Shown here piece by piece: positions 19,135-28,402 of a stretch of DNA of 64,000 bases. The DNA is taken from the IMG/VR virus record IMGVR_UViG_3300042544_003795, positions 96,001 through 160,000 of that record. The stretch is one strand, 5' to 3'. Each line of letters begins with the position of its first letter. Positions within the stretch are counted from its first letter, which is position 1. The DNA is from a virus. The position numbers were made by a program, and so were the translations under genes. A model generated the notes under the pieces. It saw nothing but the letters and a program-made list of their open reading frames with translations, did no database searches and was not told where the DNA came from.

Positions 19135-19740
19135 TTAATTTTCGATTAGATTCCAGAGAGTGTCATCAAACAATGATGATTTTACTAGAGTCTTTATATC
19201 AGAGTCTTTGGGTTTGTCTCCTGAATATTTCACTTTTCCGCCTCTTTTTTTGTATTCCTTCAAAACAAATAGATTTTTTACATAAGAATTTTTTTCTCCA
19301 AATTTTCTATCTGCGACTTCCTTTACTTGGGAATACTTTTCCTTGTCCAAATACTCAACTTCAGCGAATGAGAACTCAATAGGTTCTTCTTTGGCATTTT
19401 CAAGATCTCTATCTAGAGCGATTATTTCTTCTTGAGATGGAAGATTATCAAAATCAAAATGATCTTCTTCCGATCCTACAATTTGACTAACTGGCTTATC
19501 TGACCACATTTTACATGACCAATAATTAGCTTTGTATTTAGGTCCGGGATTATCACAATTATGTCTGGCTCTATAATTGCTTCTACGCTCAGGATCATCT
19601 CTTTTGATTGACATATTCGGATCACCGAATTTTACAATGACAACACTACCTTTGTCATTTTTTACGTACACACCAAATTTTTTAGCACTTCCACCCGGAA
19701 GTCTGAATGGTTTATTTAAGGTTTTATTTTCGTTTTTCAT
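19135..19740 (-). CDS. Conserved viral hypothetical protein, two-domain fusion
   Basis: KKFGVYVKN..FGDPNM..RARHNC..ANYWSC domain plus ADRKF..SYVK..KEYKKRGG domain. Confidence 0.6.
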   Translation of the reverse strand: MKNENKTLNKPFRLPGGSAKKFGVYVKNDKGSVVIVKFGDPNMSIKRDDPERRSNYRARHNCDNPGPKYKANYWSCKMWSDKPVSQIVGSEEDHFDFDNLPSQEEIIALDRDLENAKEEPIEFSFAEVEYLDKEKYSQVKEVADRKFGEKNSYVKNLFVLKEYKKRGGKVKYSGDKPKDSDIKTLVKSSLFDDTLWNLIEN

Positions 19741-19800
19741 ATTTAATGCTAATTATACTGTATACACCAAAAGGATGAACTAAAAAACTTGTAGATTTTT

Positions 19801-20700
19801 TTATAATGATTTGTACCATTCAATAATCTCTTGTTTTTCCATATCTCCAAAATCTTTTTTATAAGGAAGTTTTACAAAAATAGAATCACTGCTAAAGAAT
19901 TTAGATAGTTTATATTTGATTCCCAATGCAGCTTCCATTCCTCTATTAGTTTCAGAATCTATATCATTGTTAGTCGCAATAATAATTTTATCTACATTGC
20001 TTTTTATCAGAGTAAGTATTACAGGCTTTGAAACACTTAATCCGAAAAGAACTAAAAAGTTTTTTATACCAGCCTCATAAAGAGAAAGAGCATCTCCAAT
20101 ACTTTCCACTAAAATTACACATCTTGAAGATTCGATATCAGAGTGTGTGAGTTTATAAGGGTAAACAAAATTAGCCTTTCTACCTAATATTTTCCATTTA
20201 GGCCTTTGAGAGTTAGTATATAAATCTCTCCCAGCAAGACCTATGATTTTTTCTCCTTGATAGATAGGGAAAACGAATCTGTTGTTAAGTTTCCCATAAG
20301 TTTTTACTCCTCCACCAAAATCTTTTACAGTTTGTTCTGAAATGCCTCTATTTTTATAAAATGTATACCAAGGCATTAAATCTTTTACGAAATCAGAATC
20401 AAAGAATTTATCTTGAACTATTTTAGTTTCCTCTTCTTCTTCCTGAGCATTAGCCGAACTATCGAAATACTCATCCCTTAAGAAGTTTTTAGCATCCTTT
20501 TCATTTATGTTCAAGGTTATCATGGCCAACTTTACAAGAGGACCCGATTGACCAGTAACGAAATCTGTAAACCATCCACTTTTAGTGTTCACACTTAAAG
20601 ATGAACTAGCACTATTTCTATAAATAGCTTTCATTCTTAGATAATCAGATCCAGACTTCTCTGGCATATATCCCATTTTCTTGAGTAAATCTACGATCAT
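19801..20700 (-). CDS. dnaG: DNA primase (TOPRIM)
   Basis: RFVFPI, GLAGR, PKWK, ILVESIGDALSL, ATNND, KKDFGDM. Confidence 0.85.
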   Translation of the reverse strand: MIVDLLKKMGYMPEKSGSDYLRMKAIYRNSASSSLSVNTKSGWFTDFVTGQSGPLVKLAMITLNINEKDAKNFLRDEYFDSSANAQEEEEETKIVQDKFFDSDFVKDLMPWYTFYKNRGISEQTVKDFGGGVKTYGKLNNRFVFPIYQGEKIIGLAGRDLYTNSQRPKWKILGRKANFVYPYKLTHSDIESSRCVILVESIGDALSLYEAGIKNFLVLFGLSVSKPVILTLIKSNVDKIIIATNNDIDSETNRGMEAALGIKYKLSKFFSSDSIFVKLPYKKDFGDMEKQEIIEWYKSL

Positions 20701-22160
20701 ATGAAATCTCCTTTAGTGTATTTTTTATTATTTGCAACTTCTATTTGCCCTAATCTTTTATTGAATACATCTTCTGCACTACCGCATTCACTAACCTTAA
20801 AGTTTTCGACTTTAAAATTAATATAATTTTCTACAAAAACATCTCCGTCTTGAGTAGATCTCTTTACATAGTTGTCTGCCCCCATAGCCTCTTCGCCTTG
20901 AACACGGGCTCGAACTTCGATAAGTTTATGAGTTCCGAATTCTTTGCCTCCTTCTCCAATCTCCTCTGGGCTTTTCTTCTCTAGTCTATACATGTTGGAA
21001 CAATGCCATTCGATCTGAGAAGACATTGCTGTGCCTCCGCTACGATTAGTCTGAACGGCTGTCAATCCTGCGGTTCTAGGTAATAAAGACACGAGCTTTT
21101 TTAGTTTATCAGTCTTTTGACCAAGAAGCTCATATCCCTCGAATGCATTAGTAATATTTTCTTGAGTAGATTTCAGATAATCATAAATAAGTAATACATT
21201 CTCCCCATTTTTGACATTTTGAACATACCATCTTTTAGCAATTGATATTACTTCATCAATAGATTTGTTAGCAACATATTTATGGTGAACTCTCCCCTTG
21301 TATTTCTCTAGAGAATTTAAAGCTGCATATACTTTATTTTTATCAATTGGATTATTTAAGAATTTGCCAGTTTTAATTTTGTATTCATTGACACCCGAAA
21401 TAGCAGAAAGATTTCTAGCAATAATACGATCTGTTTCAAGTTCTGTATCCAAAACCAATGCTAAACAATTATTCTCTTCTAGACCAGCTACTTCATAAGC
21501 TAGAAAGTTTACGAAAGTACTCTTGCCAACCTTTGGCCCAGCGGCAATAACAAACAAGTCACCGAAGCTAGGACCTCCATACATTTTTGTAAAAATTGGA
21601 AATGGGGTTTTGAGACATACTGGCCTTGGATTATTAGCCCAGTCTAGAACGGTCTCCTGCATCGTAGAAAAAACATCAATAGGCTTTTCCTCATCAGCTA
21701 CGTTTTCTGTGCCTGCACTCTTTAATGTGTTCTCAATAACATTGGCAAGCTCTGGCAAAGATTTATCAATATTACTCCTGATTTCATTCTTACCTTCTTC
21801 TAAAGATTTATCTGCTTTTCTAGCAAAATCATATTTAATTACGTTACTAATAAAGCTAGGAAGAGACTGCTCTCTGATTTGCATCTGAGACAAACAATCA
21901 AGATAATCTATAATGTTTAAATCTTCAAATAGCTTTAGACCAATAGACGTTAGCTTTTCAGAGACAAGCAATTTATCAACAGTAGCATTCTGATTGTAAA
22001 CAGCCAAGATAGCTGAAAAAATGGCTGAGTGAACTTTGTTATCAAAATGAGTGGCTTTTAAAATAGAACCGTAATCGGCTACATTGTCTGGCCACTTTAT
22101 AAAGCCAGCTAGACATGCACGTTCTTGTTCTTGAGGAGTTGAAATTCTGCTATGATTCAT
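20697..22160 (-). CDS. dnaB: Replicative DnaB-family helicase
   Basis: N-terminal EQERACLA domain; AAGPKVGKST, LDTE, IYDYLK, AVQTNR. Confidence 0.9.
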   Translation of the reverse strand: MNHSRISTPQEQERACLAGFIKWPDNVADYGSILKATHFDNKVHSAIFSAILAVYNQNATVDKLLVSEKLTSIGLKLFEDLNIIDYLDCLSQMQIREQSLPSFISNVIKYDFARKADKSLEEGKNEIRSNIDKSLPELANVIENTLKSAGTENVADEEKPIDVFSTMQETVLDWANNPRPVCLKTPFPIFTKMYGGPSFGDLFVIAAGPKVGKSTFVNFLAYEVAGLEENNCLALVLDTELETDRIIARNLSAISGVNEYKIKTGKFLNNPIDKNKVYAALNSLEKYKGRVHHKYVANKSIDEVISIAKRWYVQNVKNGENVLLIYDYLKSTQENITNAFEGYELLGQKTDKLKKLVSLLPRTAGLTAVQTNRSGGTAMSSQIEWHCSNMYRLEKKSPEEIGEGGKEFGTHKLIEVRARVQGEEAMGADNYVKRSTQDGDVFVENYINFKVENFKVSECGSAEDVFNKRLGQIEVANNKKYTKGDFI

Positions 22161-22702
22161 TTAAATAGAAAATCTTTTAGAGATTTAGGTTTTTTCACTG
22201 ATAGTTCTAAGTCTAACTGTACATCTTGAACAAACATATCTTCCGATTTTTCTTGTTTTTGTTCTTGTTTTATTTCTATACTAGGTAAATACGCTCTAAT
22301 ATATTTTCGACCTTCTTCACATAGATAGAAAAGAAGAGTAGAAGCTTTTTTGTTTGGAACTACAGAGAGAAGAGTTTTTAAATCAAACAAAGCTAAAAGC
22401 TTATTTGCCGCCAGCATTTCCTTAGGCCAAAAAATATTATCTCTTTTTCCAAGGAAATGGAAGATAAGCATTCTTGCCTCTTTAGGATTAGAAATTTTCT
22501 TTTCCTTTGGTTTAAGTTTTAAAATCAAACCAAATTTTCCATGCAAATATTCTCTGATTTCCATGACCCCTTTTGACCCCATGCCCTCTAGAGACTTAAT
22601 ATCTTCTAAAAATTTACCATTGAAATCAACTTCAGAAAGGAAACCGTTTTGCAATAATACATTTTTTGTCCTATTAGAAATAGGGAATTCAGAAACAAGC
22701 AT
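22157..22702 (-). CDS. Protein with N-terminal RNA polymerase alpha-CTD-like domain
   Basis: ISNRTKNVLLQNG...DIKSLEGMGSKGVMEIREYL aligns to RpoA LSVRSANCL..A....LLKTPNLGKKSLTEIKDVL. Confidence 0.6.
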   Translation of the reverse strand: MLVSEFPISNRTKNVLLQNGFLSEVDFNGKFLEDIKSLEGMGSKGVMEIREYLHGKFGLILKLKPKEKKISNPKEARMLIFHFLGKRDNIFWPKEMLAANKLLALFDLKTLLSVVPNKKASTLLFYLCEEGRKYIRAYLPSIEIKQEQKQEKSEDMFVQDVQLDLELSVKKPKSLKDFLFK

Positions 22703-22704
22703 AA

Positions 22705-23121
22705 TTATTTAATAATATGAGAACCAAAAACACTCTCTATCCATTTTTCTTTTAAGGGCATATTCTTTTCATAGATTTCGATTACTTCAAATCCATTCTT
22801 TTCAAGAAGATGCTCTTTCAGAACATCTCTATAAACCTGTTTCTCAAAATCTTCAACTGAATTTTGAAAATAAGGAGTATATTCTACATGAAATAATCCG
22901 TTTACTTCTACAGCTATTTTTCTTGAGAAATTCATCAGATCAACTCTCAAGCGAGTCTGAGGCAACAGGACCTCCTCTCCAACCACATCATCCTTCCAAT
23001 ATTTTTTAAAGAATTGTTTTACATTAAACTGGAAAAAACTAAGACTATCGCCATTCCATTTTATTGCATATTTTTTCTCAGATAATGGTCGGATATTATC
23101 CTTTGCCGTTATCCATTTCAT
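22705..23121 (-). CDS. Vsr/DUF559-like PD-(D/E)xK endonuclease
   Basis: EE....RVDLMNFSRKIAVEVNGLFH...RDVLKE. Confidence 0.65.
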   Translation of the reverse strand: MKWITAKDNIRPLSEKKYAIKWNGDSLSFFQFNVKQFFKKYWKDDVVGEEVLLPQTRLRVDLMNFSRKIAVEVNGLFHVEYTPYFQNSVEDFEKQVYRDVLKEHLLEKNGFEVIEIYEKNMPLKEKWIESVFGSHIIK

Positions 23122-23128
23122 TTAAAAA

Positions 23129-23416
23129 TTATAGAGATAATTTTTGGATTTCCGCAATTATAAGACTACAAGCCTGTACTAGATTGTCTTGAACAGATTC
23201 ACTAGGAGAAAAATTTTTAAATGGCCAAAGTTCTTTAGCTTCTTTAAAATTATTATCGCCAGAAGTTTGACCATGAGCAAAACCAACAAGAGTTAAAGCA
23301 GCCAATAGAAGCTGACCATTTTTATATTGTAGATCATGATCTACAGTATAGCCTTTTTCGATCTGCTTTTCTCTTTGAGCCTTAATTGAATCTAGTATTT
23401 CTTGAATGTCTTTCAT
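23129..23416 (-). CDS. Conserved phage protein (RQI.KG...HD / WP / NLV.A..LI.AEI pattern)
   Basis: QREKQIEKGYTVDHD, LWPF, NLVQACSLIIAEI. Confidence 0.55.
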   Translation of the reverse strand: MKDIQEILDSIKAQREKQIEKGYTVDHDLQYKNGQLLLAALTLVGFAHGQTSGDNNFKEAKELWPFKNFSPSESVQDNLVQACSLIIAEIQKLSL

Positions 23417-23419
23417 ATT

Positions 23420-23833
23420 TTATAAAGATATATTGTATTGCTTTAGAAAAAAATCAAATGATAAATTATCAATGTTCTCATTAAAAAGTTCTACTAATGT
23501 AATATTATTTCTAATGCACCATTCTCTTTTGATATCGTCACTTTTAACTTTGTTTAAGAAATTTTGTCGATTCTTATGCAACCATGGATTAAAATTTACA
23601 TGGTATTCGTCGGGACTAACTTCTATAGCTATTTTTTTAGAGAAATTGAAAAGATCAATTCTGAATTTGCTGCCCGGAATAACAAACTCTTCTTTGACTA
23701 CATCATTTTTCCAGAATGGGTAAAGGAAATTTTTTACTTTAAACTGGGGAATAGAAATTTTCTTATCCCAATCTATACAAGATTTAGCAACAACATTTAC
23801 TTTTGTATTGCCTCTTAATTTCGTTAATTCCAT
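23420..23833 (-). CDS. Vsr/DUF559-like endonuclease, paralog of 22705..23121
   Basis: WKNDVVKEE..RIDLFNFSKKIAIEV..YHV..SDDIKREWC. Confidence 0.65.
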   Translation of the reverse strand: MELTKLRGNTKVNVVAKSCIDWDKKISIPQFKVKNFLYPFWKNDVVKEEFVIPGSKFRIDLFNFSKKIAIEVSPDEYHVNFNPWLHKNRQNFLNKVKSDDIKREWCIRNNITLVELFNENIDNLSFDFFLKQYNISL

Positions 23834-24972
23834 TAAGCTATAATCTCATTAACCTTTCTAAGAAGCCATTCGAAAACATTTCGATTGCTTTCTATATAAT
23901 CATAAAGAGAAGACATTCCTTGATGCTGTATTTGTATTTCTACCCCATCATCTTTAGCCATTGAAACAATACTTTCAGAAAAAGAATACCAAGCTCCTTT
24001 TTTGGTAACGAGTTCAAAGGATATAATCATATCCACTACTTCTTTCTCAACCCAAATAGCACAACCACTTCTTCCCTTTTTAATAGGGATTTTTACTTTA
24101 GATCCGGTTACATCTGTAGATGACTTTTTGATTTCAATAGTAGCATAAACTCCAAGAACTTTATTCTTTACAGGATCTGGTTTCTCATTAGGTTTTTCAA
24201 GAATGTAATCTCCACCATAACGAGGCTGATAGGAAAGGGTAATATCACTTTGGTGATTGATTGCTGATCCTCCTGCCCCATCACTTTGCCTTGGAGGAGT
24301 CTTACTATAAGGATCGAGTTTGATCTCAGCTGTGTACTGACTTGTAATCAAAAACAAAGCATCAAAGTGAACTACCTTCAAAGCCAATCTTTTAAATAAA
24401 ATTTTTGTAAGAAGAGGAACCCCAGCTACTTTAACATTCTCATCTCCATTCCATAGATTCTTCTCTTTATCTGATTTAAGGATCACACCATCTAGAGAGT
24501 CAAGAATAATACATAGTTTCTCTCCTGCCTCATGCATTTTAGGTAGAATGCTTTCAATTAAAGATGCTATAGTTTCAAAAACATTACAACTAAAAACAAA
24601 AACAGTACCGTATTCCCAATTACTTGGATCAGTAACAAATTTCATTCCTGTTCTTTTCTGCATTTCAGGGGTTAAGCGAGCTTCAGCTTTAATAAAAATG
24701 GTTTTAGATTTTTCAATCTTATCCATATAATTTTGAGAGAAAACAAAACATTGTGAAGTTTTACCTAACTCACTCCCCTTACCACAAACTCTGACAAAGG
24801 AGCCAGAGCGCACCTTAATTAAGGTATCTAGGCCTAAAGATCCAGAAGAAATCGTTACCTCCTCAGGTTGAAGGTAATTAAAATGATTTTCCTCATTGTT
24901 CTTCAAAAATGAATTAAGCATATCTTTTGAATCTGCTTCATTTGAGGAGTCTTCTTTCTTTTTAGATGCCAT
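23833..24972 (-). CDS. recA: RecA/UvsX recombinase
   Basis: ISSGSLGLD, GKGSELGKTS, IKAEAR, IILDSLDG, GGSAINH, KKGAWYSF. Confidence 0.85.
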   Translation of the reverse strand: MASKKKEDSSNEADSKDMLNSFLKNNEENHFNYLQPEEVTISSGSLGLDTLIKVRSGSFVRVCGKGSELGKTSQCFVFSQNYMDKIEKSKTIFIKAEARLTPEMQKRTGMKFVTDPSNWEYGTVFVFSCNVFETIASLIESILPKMHEAGEKLCIILDSLDGVILKSDKEKNLWNGDENVKVAGVPLLTKILFKRLALKVVHFDALFLITSQYTAEIKLDPYSKTPPRQSDGAGGSAINHQSDITLSYQPRYGGDYILEKPNEKPDPVKNKVLGVYATIEIKKSSTDVTGSKVKIPIKKGRSGCAIWVEKEVVDMIISFELVTKKGAWYSFSESIVSMAKDDGVEIQIQHQGMSSLYDYIESNRNVFEWLLRKVNEIIA

Positions 24973-24987
24973 ATTATTATAATTTTT

Positions 24988-25179
24988 CTATTCTACTTGC
25001 TCTAATCCCTGAGTTTTCGAAGAATACAACTCGCAAGAGTTACAAACTTCATCTGTTAGACCGTGGATTCCACGTTCTAAACAATAATAACCAACAGATC
25101 TTTTGGATGAGCAGCATGAAGGGCCATACTCTGCAACTGTATCTGATCTGAATTTACATGTTTCCATTTTATTTTCCAT
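24988..25179 (-). CDS. Small Cys-rich protein
   Basis: 63 aa with 6 Cys; AGTGTA motif just upstream. Confidence 0.5.
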   Translation of the reverse strand: MENKMETCKFRSDTVAEYGPSCCSSKRSVGYYCLERGIHGLTDEVCNSCELYSSKTQGLEQVE

Positions 25180-25197
25180 AGATAAAAGAATACACTT

Positions 25198-25233
25198 TAA
25201 AAAATAATCCCGCGCCTAATTAAAGGCGCGGGA
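25198..25233 (-). terminator. Rho-independent terminator
   Basis: Minus strand TCCCGCGCCT-ttaatt-AGGCGCGGGA followed by TTATTTTTT. Confidence 0.85.
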
Positions 25234-25247
25234 GAAACATCAATCTA

Positions 25248-25478
25248 CTAAACAATAGATGTTTTTGCAACTTTCAGAACTTCTCCATTATTAACATTTA
25301 TGAATGTAACATAATTATTAGAGATGCTCAAGATCTTTGCGCAGAACTTTTGTTGCCCTTTCTTTGATCGAGTATGAAGAGTTATAAATCGACCTCGATG
25401 ATTTGCGTAAGGATGGTCCGCAGGAGTTTGAGCTTCGATCTTTACTTTTTCAGTTTTTATTTTATTTTGCTTATTCAT
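25248..25478 (-). CDS. Small basic hypothetical protein (start moved to ATG at 25478)
   Basis: ORF track start is TTG; in-frame ATG overlaps the upstream stop. Confidence 0.5.
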   Translation of the reverse strand: MNKQNKIKTEKVKIEAQTPADHPYANHRGRFITLHTRSKKGQQKFCAKILSISNNYVTFINVNNGEVLKVAKTSIV

Positions 25479-25623
25479 ATAGAGATATTGTGTCAAACAA
25501 ACATATTTTTGTATGCTTTATAATTAAAGCTTTTAGTCTATCTGACTGCTCTTTTGTTAAGAGCTCTTCTTTAGTGTAATCTATTATAGATTGCAATGCA
25601 ATTTCATTTGCGATTGCTTTCAC
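25471..25623 (-). CDS. Small hypothetical protein, probably leaderless GTG start at 25623
   Basis: The ORF-track 5' extension is occupied by a TTGACA-N16-TAGAGT promoter; in-frame GTG lies 5 nt after the -10. Confidence 0.4.
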   Translation of the reverse strand: MKAIANEIALQSIIDYTKEELLTKEQSDRLKALIIKHTKICLFDTISLYE

Positions 25624-25628
25624 ATCTG

Positions 25629-25656
25629 ACTCTAGCACATTCATATTATTTGTCAA
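25629..25656 (-). promoter_or_regulatory. sigma70-like promoter TTGACA-N16-TAGAGT
   Basis: -35 at 25651-25656, -10 at 25629-25634. Confidence 0.55.
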
Positions 25657-25665
25657 TTAAAATTT

Positions 25666-26301
25666 TTAAAGATTGAAAGATTTTAGAGAAAATTCAAAGG
25701 GATTACCTTCGATACTCTTTACTAAGTTTAACATTTTAAGAGCTATGATTCGAGTTTCTTCTTGAGTGTCAGGCTTTAGTCTTAAATTCCAAAAATTAAG
25801 AAAAGAAAGTAACGATCCTGTCCAGATAAATTGAGTTTCTAGACACAAAGGTAAAATTGCTCTAGCTTGTTCCTTAGCAACTCCGGCCTCACAAAGTTCC
25901 TTATAAAGTAAAGAGGATTGCTTGACAAAGTTAGAAATTTTTTCTAATAATTCTGGGTTATCAATTTCACCTTCACTGCCCTGTTTAGATGACTTAGACT
26001 GTTTTCTCAGTTTCTCTATTGTAAAATAATTATCACTGAAATCAACATATCTACCACTTATACTATTTGCAGACATTCCAACCTGATGTTTGAAAAGCTG
26101 TCTCTCTACAAAAATAGGACACTCTATTCTAAATTGTAATTGAGGATGTCTGAAAGGAGCGACATGTTTATGTTCAACAAGAAAATTTATTAGTTTTCCA
26201 TCTTTTTCATCAAAGACATTTTTATATTTTCCATAGCTAACTCTAGCAGCATTGGCGATCATTAGGTCGTTTCCAAAATAATTTAATAATTCAGCTTTCA
26301 T
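25666..26301 (-). CDS. thyX: Flavin-dependent thymidylate synthase
   Basis: AARVSY, HVAPFRH, RQLFKHQVG..NSISGRY, EQARAILP, LRL..TQEE. Confidence 0.92.
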   Translation of the reverse strand: MKAELLNYFGNDLMIANAARVSYGKYKNVFDEKDGKLINFLVEHKHVAPFRHPQLQFRIECPIFVERQLFKHQVGMSANSISGRYVDFSDNYFTIEKLRKQSKSSKQGSEGEIDNPELLEKISNFVKQSSLLYKELCEAGVAKEQARAILPLCLETQFIWTGSLLSFLNFWNLRLKPDTQEETRIIALKMLNLVKSIEGNPFEFSLKSFNL

Positions 26302-26728
26302 TTTGTAAATTTATTTTTTTTCTGTTTTCTATATGAGATAAGATTATATCTTCTTTTGATTTTCCAAAATATTCGACTCCATGGAAGTTTTTAATTATTT
26401 CTACATTAAGACATTTGTTTGCAGAGGTATCAAAAACATAAGCTAATATCCTACCAAATTTTTCTTTACCTTCTAATGACACATTATGTATATGAGTCTT
26501 AATCACAACTTCATTTTTATTATTTTTAAAAAATGTTTCTGCAAATTTTTTACTTAACTCTCCGAACTTCTTTTCTTCGGAATCTTTAGTTTTTATCTCA
26601 GGGGTATCTACCCCCATTAATCTTATAAATTTCTCCTTTAAGGAAAAACCGAATCCAAGATCAATGTCAGCTAAAAAAGTATCTCCATCATAGACTCTTA
26701 AGACTTTAGCTTTATATTCGTAAGGCAT
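26291..26728 (-). CDS. Thermonuclease (SNase-like)
   Basis: RVYDGDT, IRLMGVDTPE, KFGRILA. Confidence 0.88.
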   Translation of the reverse strand: MPYEYKAKVLRVYDGDTFLADIDLGFGFSLKEKFIRLMGVDTPEIKTKDSEEKKFGELSKKFAETFFKNNKNEVVIKTHIHNVSLEGKEKFGRILAYVFDTSANKCLNVEIIKNFHGVEYFGKSKEDIILSHIENRKKINLQNES

Positions 26729-27184
26729 TTAATTATTTTTTTTTATTTGACTTTCTAAAATAGGAGAAAGATTAGCAGGACTGTAATTTGGACCCTTTTG
26801 CCATTTACCATCCTCTCTACGAAATCCATTTGTAATTTTGGAATCATTAGATCTGCACACTTCATTCTCAAATGGCTCAATGTCAAGTCCATAAGAACAT
26901 GCCGCTCCTATAGAAACATAGTTAATATCGGCTAGAGCATCAGCCACTTCTATTAAATTGACTTCTCCTTCTATATCGTAATTAAAATCATCAATACTTA
27001 TAGATTCTTCTTTATCTGACAAAGAAACTTTAACACCGCTTGCTTCAGCTAGTTCCAAAACTTCTTCTAAAAGAAGACTTATCCTTAGAACTCTAGTTAA
27101 ATTGTCAGGTATAGAAGGAGAATCTGGGCAGTTTTGCCCAATAGCTTTCATAAAATTTAATACGCTTTTTTGGAAATTCGTCAT
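26729..27184 (-). CDS. MazG-like/PRA-PH-like NTP pyrophosphohydrolase
   Basis: LLLEEVLEL, EVADALADINYV, EVCRSNDSK, REDGKWQKGPNY. Confidence 0.8.
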   Translation of the reverse strand: MTNFQKSVLNFMKAIGQNCPDSPSIPDNLTRVLRISLLLEEVLELAEASGVKVSLSDKEESISIDDFNYDIEGEVNLIEVADALADINYVSIGAACSYGLDIEPFENEVCRSNDSKITNGFRREDGKWQKGPNYSPANLSPILESQIKKNN

Positions 27185-27194
27185 AACAACGAAA

Positions 27195-27222
27195 ATACTA
27201 TAACATATTTTAAAAAAGTCAA
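27195..27222 (-). promoter_or_regulatory. sigma70-like promoter TTGACT-N16-TAGTAT
   Basis: -35 at 27217-27222, -10 at 27195-27200. Confidence 0.55.
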
Positions 27223-28391
27223 GCTTTTTCTACTGATAGCTTTTCGATGTCAGACTTTAACATTTTATTCACAAGCTGATCAAAGTTACATTTTGGAAAC
27301 CAACCCAAATCTTTTCTAGCTAATGAGCTGTCTCCTAATAAAGTTTCTACTTCAGCTGGTCTATAAAACTTTTTATTGATAATTACTAAAGTTTTTTTAA
27401 TGCCATTTATACAAGCTACTAATTTTTCATCTTCAGGATTATTTGTTTCATTTTCCCATGAGCAATCTAATTTAATATAATTGAAAGATTTTTCTACAAA
27501 CTCTCTAATAGAATGTGTTTCATTAGAAGAGAAAACATATTCATTGGGAATACCTGAATAATCTTTATTATAAATATCTTGATTTAACATTCTCCATACC
27601 CCATCCATGAAATCTTCAGCATCGCTCCAGTCTCTTTTGGCATCTATATTTCCTAATTCTAAAGGAGAAAAGTCTAAAGAGTTATCTATACAATATTTTA
27701 TAGAAGAAACTTTTTTAGATATTTTTCTAGTGACAAATTCTTCACCTCTTCTCGTTCCTTCATGATTAAATAGCCAGCCTTGAATAGCATAAAGATTATA
27801 AGATTCTCTATAAACTTTTACAAGCTGTCTAGAAGCTGCCTTACTTGCTCCGTAAGGACTTCTAGGGCGTAAGGGATGAACCTCATCTTGAGGAAAATAT
27901 AAAACATTACCGAATTCTTCAGAAGATCCAGCTTGATATAAACGACAAGTAGGTTTATATAATCTGATAGCTTCCAATATATCAAGAACAGCTGTAGAAT
28001 TAGTCTGCCATGTTTGCCTAGCAAAATCCCAACTACTAGCAACAAAACTTTGAGCAGCAAAATTGATAAAATAATCAGGAAGTAGTTTTTCTACAATCCT
28101 AGAAATAGCATGAGGATCAGTCAAATCAAAATTAATGAGATGAAATCTATCTGATTTTACATGTTTAATATTTTCATGATTATAAACACTTAATCTTCTC
28201 ACTCCTCCAAAAATTAAAAAATCTGTATTGTCAAGTAAATAGTCAACCATATGACTTCCATCTTGACCAGTAACGCCTGTTATTATTACACAGGGCTTAC
28301 CATTGCGTATATTAACAGCTTCATCTATATTTAATATATTAGATGTGTCTATCTTTTTGCCATAATAAGTTTCTTGTAAATTCTCACTCAT
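27219..28391 (-). CDS. gmd: GDP-mannose 4,6-dehydratase (start moved to ATG at 28391)
   Basis: ITGVTGQDGS, AAQSFV, YQAGSSEEFG, PRSPYGASK, LFNHEG.RRG.EFVTRKI, LGNIDAKRDW, YRPAEV. Confidence 0.92.
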   Translation of the reverse strand: MSENLQETYYGKKIDTSNILNIDEAVNIRNGKPCVIITGVTGQDGSHMVDYLLDNTDFLIFGGVRRLSVYNHENIKHVKSDRFHLINFDLTDPHAISRIVEKLLPDYFINFAAQSFVASSWDFARQTWQTNSTAVLDILEAIRLYKPTCRLYQAGSSEEFGNVLYFPQDEVHPLRPRSPYGASKAASRQLVKVYRESYNLYAIQGWLFNHEGTRRGEEFVTRKISKKVSSIKYCIDNSLDFSPLELGNIDAKRDWSDAEDFMDGVWRMLNQDIYNKDYSGIPNEYVFSSNETHSIREFVEKSFNYIKLDCSWENETNNPEDEKLVACINGIKKTLVIINKKFYRPAEVETLLGDSSLARKDLGWFPKCNFDQLVNKMLKSDIEKLSVEKA

Positions 28392-28402
28392 TTTAATAAA
28401 TT

